64,000 nt of DNA from Alphaproteobacteria bacterium (GTDB lineage Bacteria; Pseudomonadota; Alphaproteobacteria; UBA828), in assembly GCA_965221125.1 (NCBI GenBank), contig CBDCRW010000007.1:32001-96000 (forward strand), read 5' to 3'. Positions within the stretch are counted from its first letter, which is position 1. Each line of letters begins with the position of its first letter. The notes under the pieces are model-generated. The model did not search any database. It was not told the origin of the DNA and saw only the letters and a list, made by a program, of their open reading frames with translations. This document shows, one piece after another, positions 61,849-64,000 of the stretch. A program made the translations under genes and the position numbers.

Positions 61849-62482
61849 CCGCCTGCAGGCCGTGCGCGCGGCGACCCAAAGGTTTGCGTTCCACCGCGAC
61901 CAGCACCACGGCTGGCGCATGGCGGCGGCTTGGCTGCTGGTCTGCAACGTGCTCACCGCCTGCGCATTCGCAGGCTACGTCTGGATGCACTCCACCGTCT
62001 ACATCGCTGTCGCCGCGACGCCCGACGGACGGCTTGTGCGCCTCACGCCGCTCGACGAGCCGATCATGTCCGACGCGGCGCTCAGGAACTGGACCGTCTC
62101 GGCCGTGACCGAGGCCTTCACCCTGGGTCACCACGACTGGCGGCTCCGGCTCGCCGGCATCCGTGAGTACTTTTCCGACGACGGCTACGAGTCCTTCCTG
62201 AAAGGTCTCGAGGAAAGCCTGTTTCTCGACCGCCTCCGCGACAACCTCCAGGTGGCCTCGGCGGTGGCGCAGGGCGCGCCGGTGATCGTGGACACGCGCT
62301 TCTATGGCGCGCGCGTCGGCTGGGCCGTCGAGTTTCCCATCCTGGTCACCTTCTCTGCCGGCACGCGGCGGGTGAGCCAGGAGCTGGTGGCCCAGGTGCT
62401 GGTGATGCGGGTGCCGCTCGACGAGCGCCCCGCCGGCATCGCCATCGAGCAGCTCATCGCCGGAAAGGGGGGCGCGTCATGA
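61841..62482 (+). CDS. icmL: IcmL/DotI/TraM-family protein
   Basis: TM helix, ATPDGRLVRLTPLDEP, WTVSAVTEAFT, YFSDDGYESF, GIAIEQL. Confidence 0.87.
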   Translation: MSSRLQAVRAATQRFAFHRDQHHGWRMAAAWLLVCNVLTACAFAGYVWMHSTVYIAVAATPDGRLVRLTPLDEPIMSDAALRNWTVSAVTEAFTLGHHDWRLRLAGIREYFSDDGYESFLKGLEESLFLDRLRDNLQVASAVAQGAPVIVDTRFYGARVGWAVEFPILVTFSAGTRRVSQELVAQVLVMRVPLDERPAGIAIEQLIAGKGGAS

Positions 62483-63501
62483 GGATGACGGGAGTGCTGT
62501 CGGTTGCGTTGGCGGTGGTCGCGTCGAGCGCCGCGGGATTGTCGGTCGCGGCACAGGACGGCCCGAAGGCCGGCGGCGCACCGGCCGCCCCACTGGAGCG
62601 AGCGACGGACGTGTGGTCCGCCTATGCGCTCACCGAGGACGAGGCGGCGCGGCAGGGCCGGGCGGCACTCCCCTTCACGCCGGAGCAAATCGAGGCGCTG
62701 GGTCGCATCCTGCGCGAGACCCAGGCAGCCACCGCACGCGGCCACGGCGAGCCGCCCCAGGGGCGGGTGCGGCGCATCCGCCTCGATAACGGCGCGATCG
62801 CCGGCACGAGTGTCTCCGGCACAAGTGTCTCCGGCACGAGTGTCCCGGAGATCGCGCTCCGGCGCGGCTACGTCACCGCGGTGTCCTTCACGGACTCGAC
62901 CGGGGCGCCCTGGCCCATCGAGGAGGCGCTGGTGGACCGCCGCTTCCTGCCCCCTGGGGCGGACAGCGACGTCGAGGACGAAGGGTCCCAAAGCAGCCAT
63001 CTGCTCTATCTCGCACCGCAGGCCGCGTATCTCGCCGGCAACGCGGTGGTGAAGCTCCGGGGCCTCGCAGAGCCCGTGGTCGCCAGCCTGCGCGGCACCG
63101 GCGCCGACGCCGACTTCCGGGTCGAGATCCGACTGGGTGTTCCCGGACCGAATACCGATCCGGGCGCGCTGGCGCAGCCTGCCGGGTTCCATGCCGGCGA
63201 TGCGGTGCTGCTCGCGCTGCTCGGCGGCACGGTGCCGCCGGACGCTGAGCGCCTCGCCGTCGAAGGCGGCGCGAGCGGCGACCGGGCGTGGCGCAGGGGC
63301 GGTGAGGTGCTGCTGCTGACCCGCACCCACCTGCTCTCGCCCGGCCCCCTCGCGGCCGAGCGAGGACCGGGCGGGCGCTGGGCCTACCGCCTCGCAGCCA
63401 CCCCCCTAGTGCTGGTGAGCGACGGAGGCATGGAGAAGCGGCTCGCTTTCGCAGATGGCGGAACGGCTGTGCGGTGGCGGGAGGCAGGCGATGAGAACTG
63501 A
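62479..63501 (+). CDS. icmK: IcmK/DotH/TraN-family protein
   Basis: PFTPEQI, GYVTAVSFTDSTGAPWPI, GNAVVKL, GVPGPN, LLSPG. Confidence 0.85.
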   Translation: MRMTGVLSVALAVVASSAAGLSVAAQDGPKAGGAPAAPLERATDVWSAYALTEDEAARQGRAALPFTPEQIEALGRILRETQAATARGHGEPPQGRVRRIRLDNGAIAGTSVSGTSVSGTSVPEIALRRGYVTAVSFTDSTGAPWPIEEALVDRRFLPPGADSDVEDEGSQSSHLLYLAPQAAYLAGNAVVKLRGLAEPVVASLRGTGADADFRVEIRLGVPGPNTDPGALAQPAGFHAGDAVLLALLGGTVPPDAERLAVEGGASGDRAWRRGGEVLLLTRTHLLSPGPLAAERGPGGRWAYRLAATPLVLVSDGGMEKRLAFADGGTAVRWREAGDEN

Positions 63502-64000
63502 AGCAAATTACACGGCGTGGCCGCTCCGCGCGCTGCCCGCCATATATATAAGTGTCGCGGTTGCGGTCCTCTCGGCGGGGGGCTTCCCGTGTGCGGCCCT
63601 GGCTCAAGTCCCGGATAACCGGGACCTCAAGCTCGATCCCGAGGACAGCGTGCCGCCGTTCTACCGGGAGACGCTGGACGAGCGCGACCGCCAGCGCCTC
63701 GACGCGGCGCGCGAGGCAGGCGAGACCTACCTGCCCACGTTCCAGGGTGCGTCGACGGCGGGCGACGGGGAGACGGTGCAGGCCGCCGAGGCGCCGACCA
63801 GGCCGCAGCTCGCATACGAGGGTTACCGCCGTCCGGCAACCGCCGCGCCTCGCGCCTCCGGCCGTGAAGGGCAGGCCGCAGGCGATCCCCGGTCCGATGG
63901 TCGCGGACCCGAGGGTCTGGTCGGCGTGCTGATCGAGGCCTGGACGCGGCAGCCCGAGATCGCGCGCCTGCGCTATCCGGCAGCGGCCCGCGATTCCGGC
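63491..64000 (+). CDS. IcmE/DotG/TraO-family protein, N-terminal part (runs off window)
   Basis: Position after icmK; TM segment then YRETLDERDRQRLDAAREAGETYLPT. Confidence 0.6.
   Translation, partial: MRTEANYTAWPLRALPAIYISVAVAVLSAGGFPCAALAQVPDNRDLKLDPEDSVPPFYRETLDERDRQRLDAAREAGETYLPTFQGASTAGDGETVQAAEAPTRPQLAYEGYRRPATAAPRASGREGQAAGDPRSDGRGPEGLVGVLIEAWTRQPEIARLRYPAAARDSG

Overview
GC-rich 64-kb window that looks almost entirely accessory, most likely part of an ICE or plasmid of a proteobacterium (inference). Left: ICE/plasmid backbone genes (SLOG/DUF2493, toprim, ssb). An ~11.6-kb element bounded by a 10-bp direct repeat (CTTAGAATGG) has inserted at the ssb stop codon. It carries three tandem tyrosine recombinases, two small proteins, a RecD2-like helicase, its own ssb and an IS21. 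Middle: oxyR-katG, LysR, anti-sigma factor, higBA, a DUF4338-ISAs1 IS and an Rpn nuclease. Then comes a mirror-image duplicated module (lipoprotein A / integrase pair / lipoprotein B) next to a Slam (type XI secretion) transporter. The two B lipoproteins share a 75-bp inverted leader, a candidate invertible surface-lipoprotein switch, and one integrase is split by a four-gene Mu-like transposon. Right: a MTase-endonuclease fusion, an IS1595-family element carrying cargo including a tRNA-Cys-like body with a Ser (GGA) anticodon, and the start of a Dot/Icm (type IVB) operon studded with a 15-bp repeat in both orientations. All calls are from motif recognition by eye; no database searches were run.
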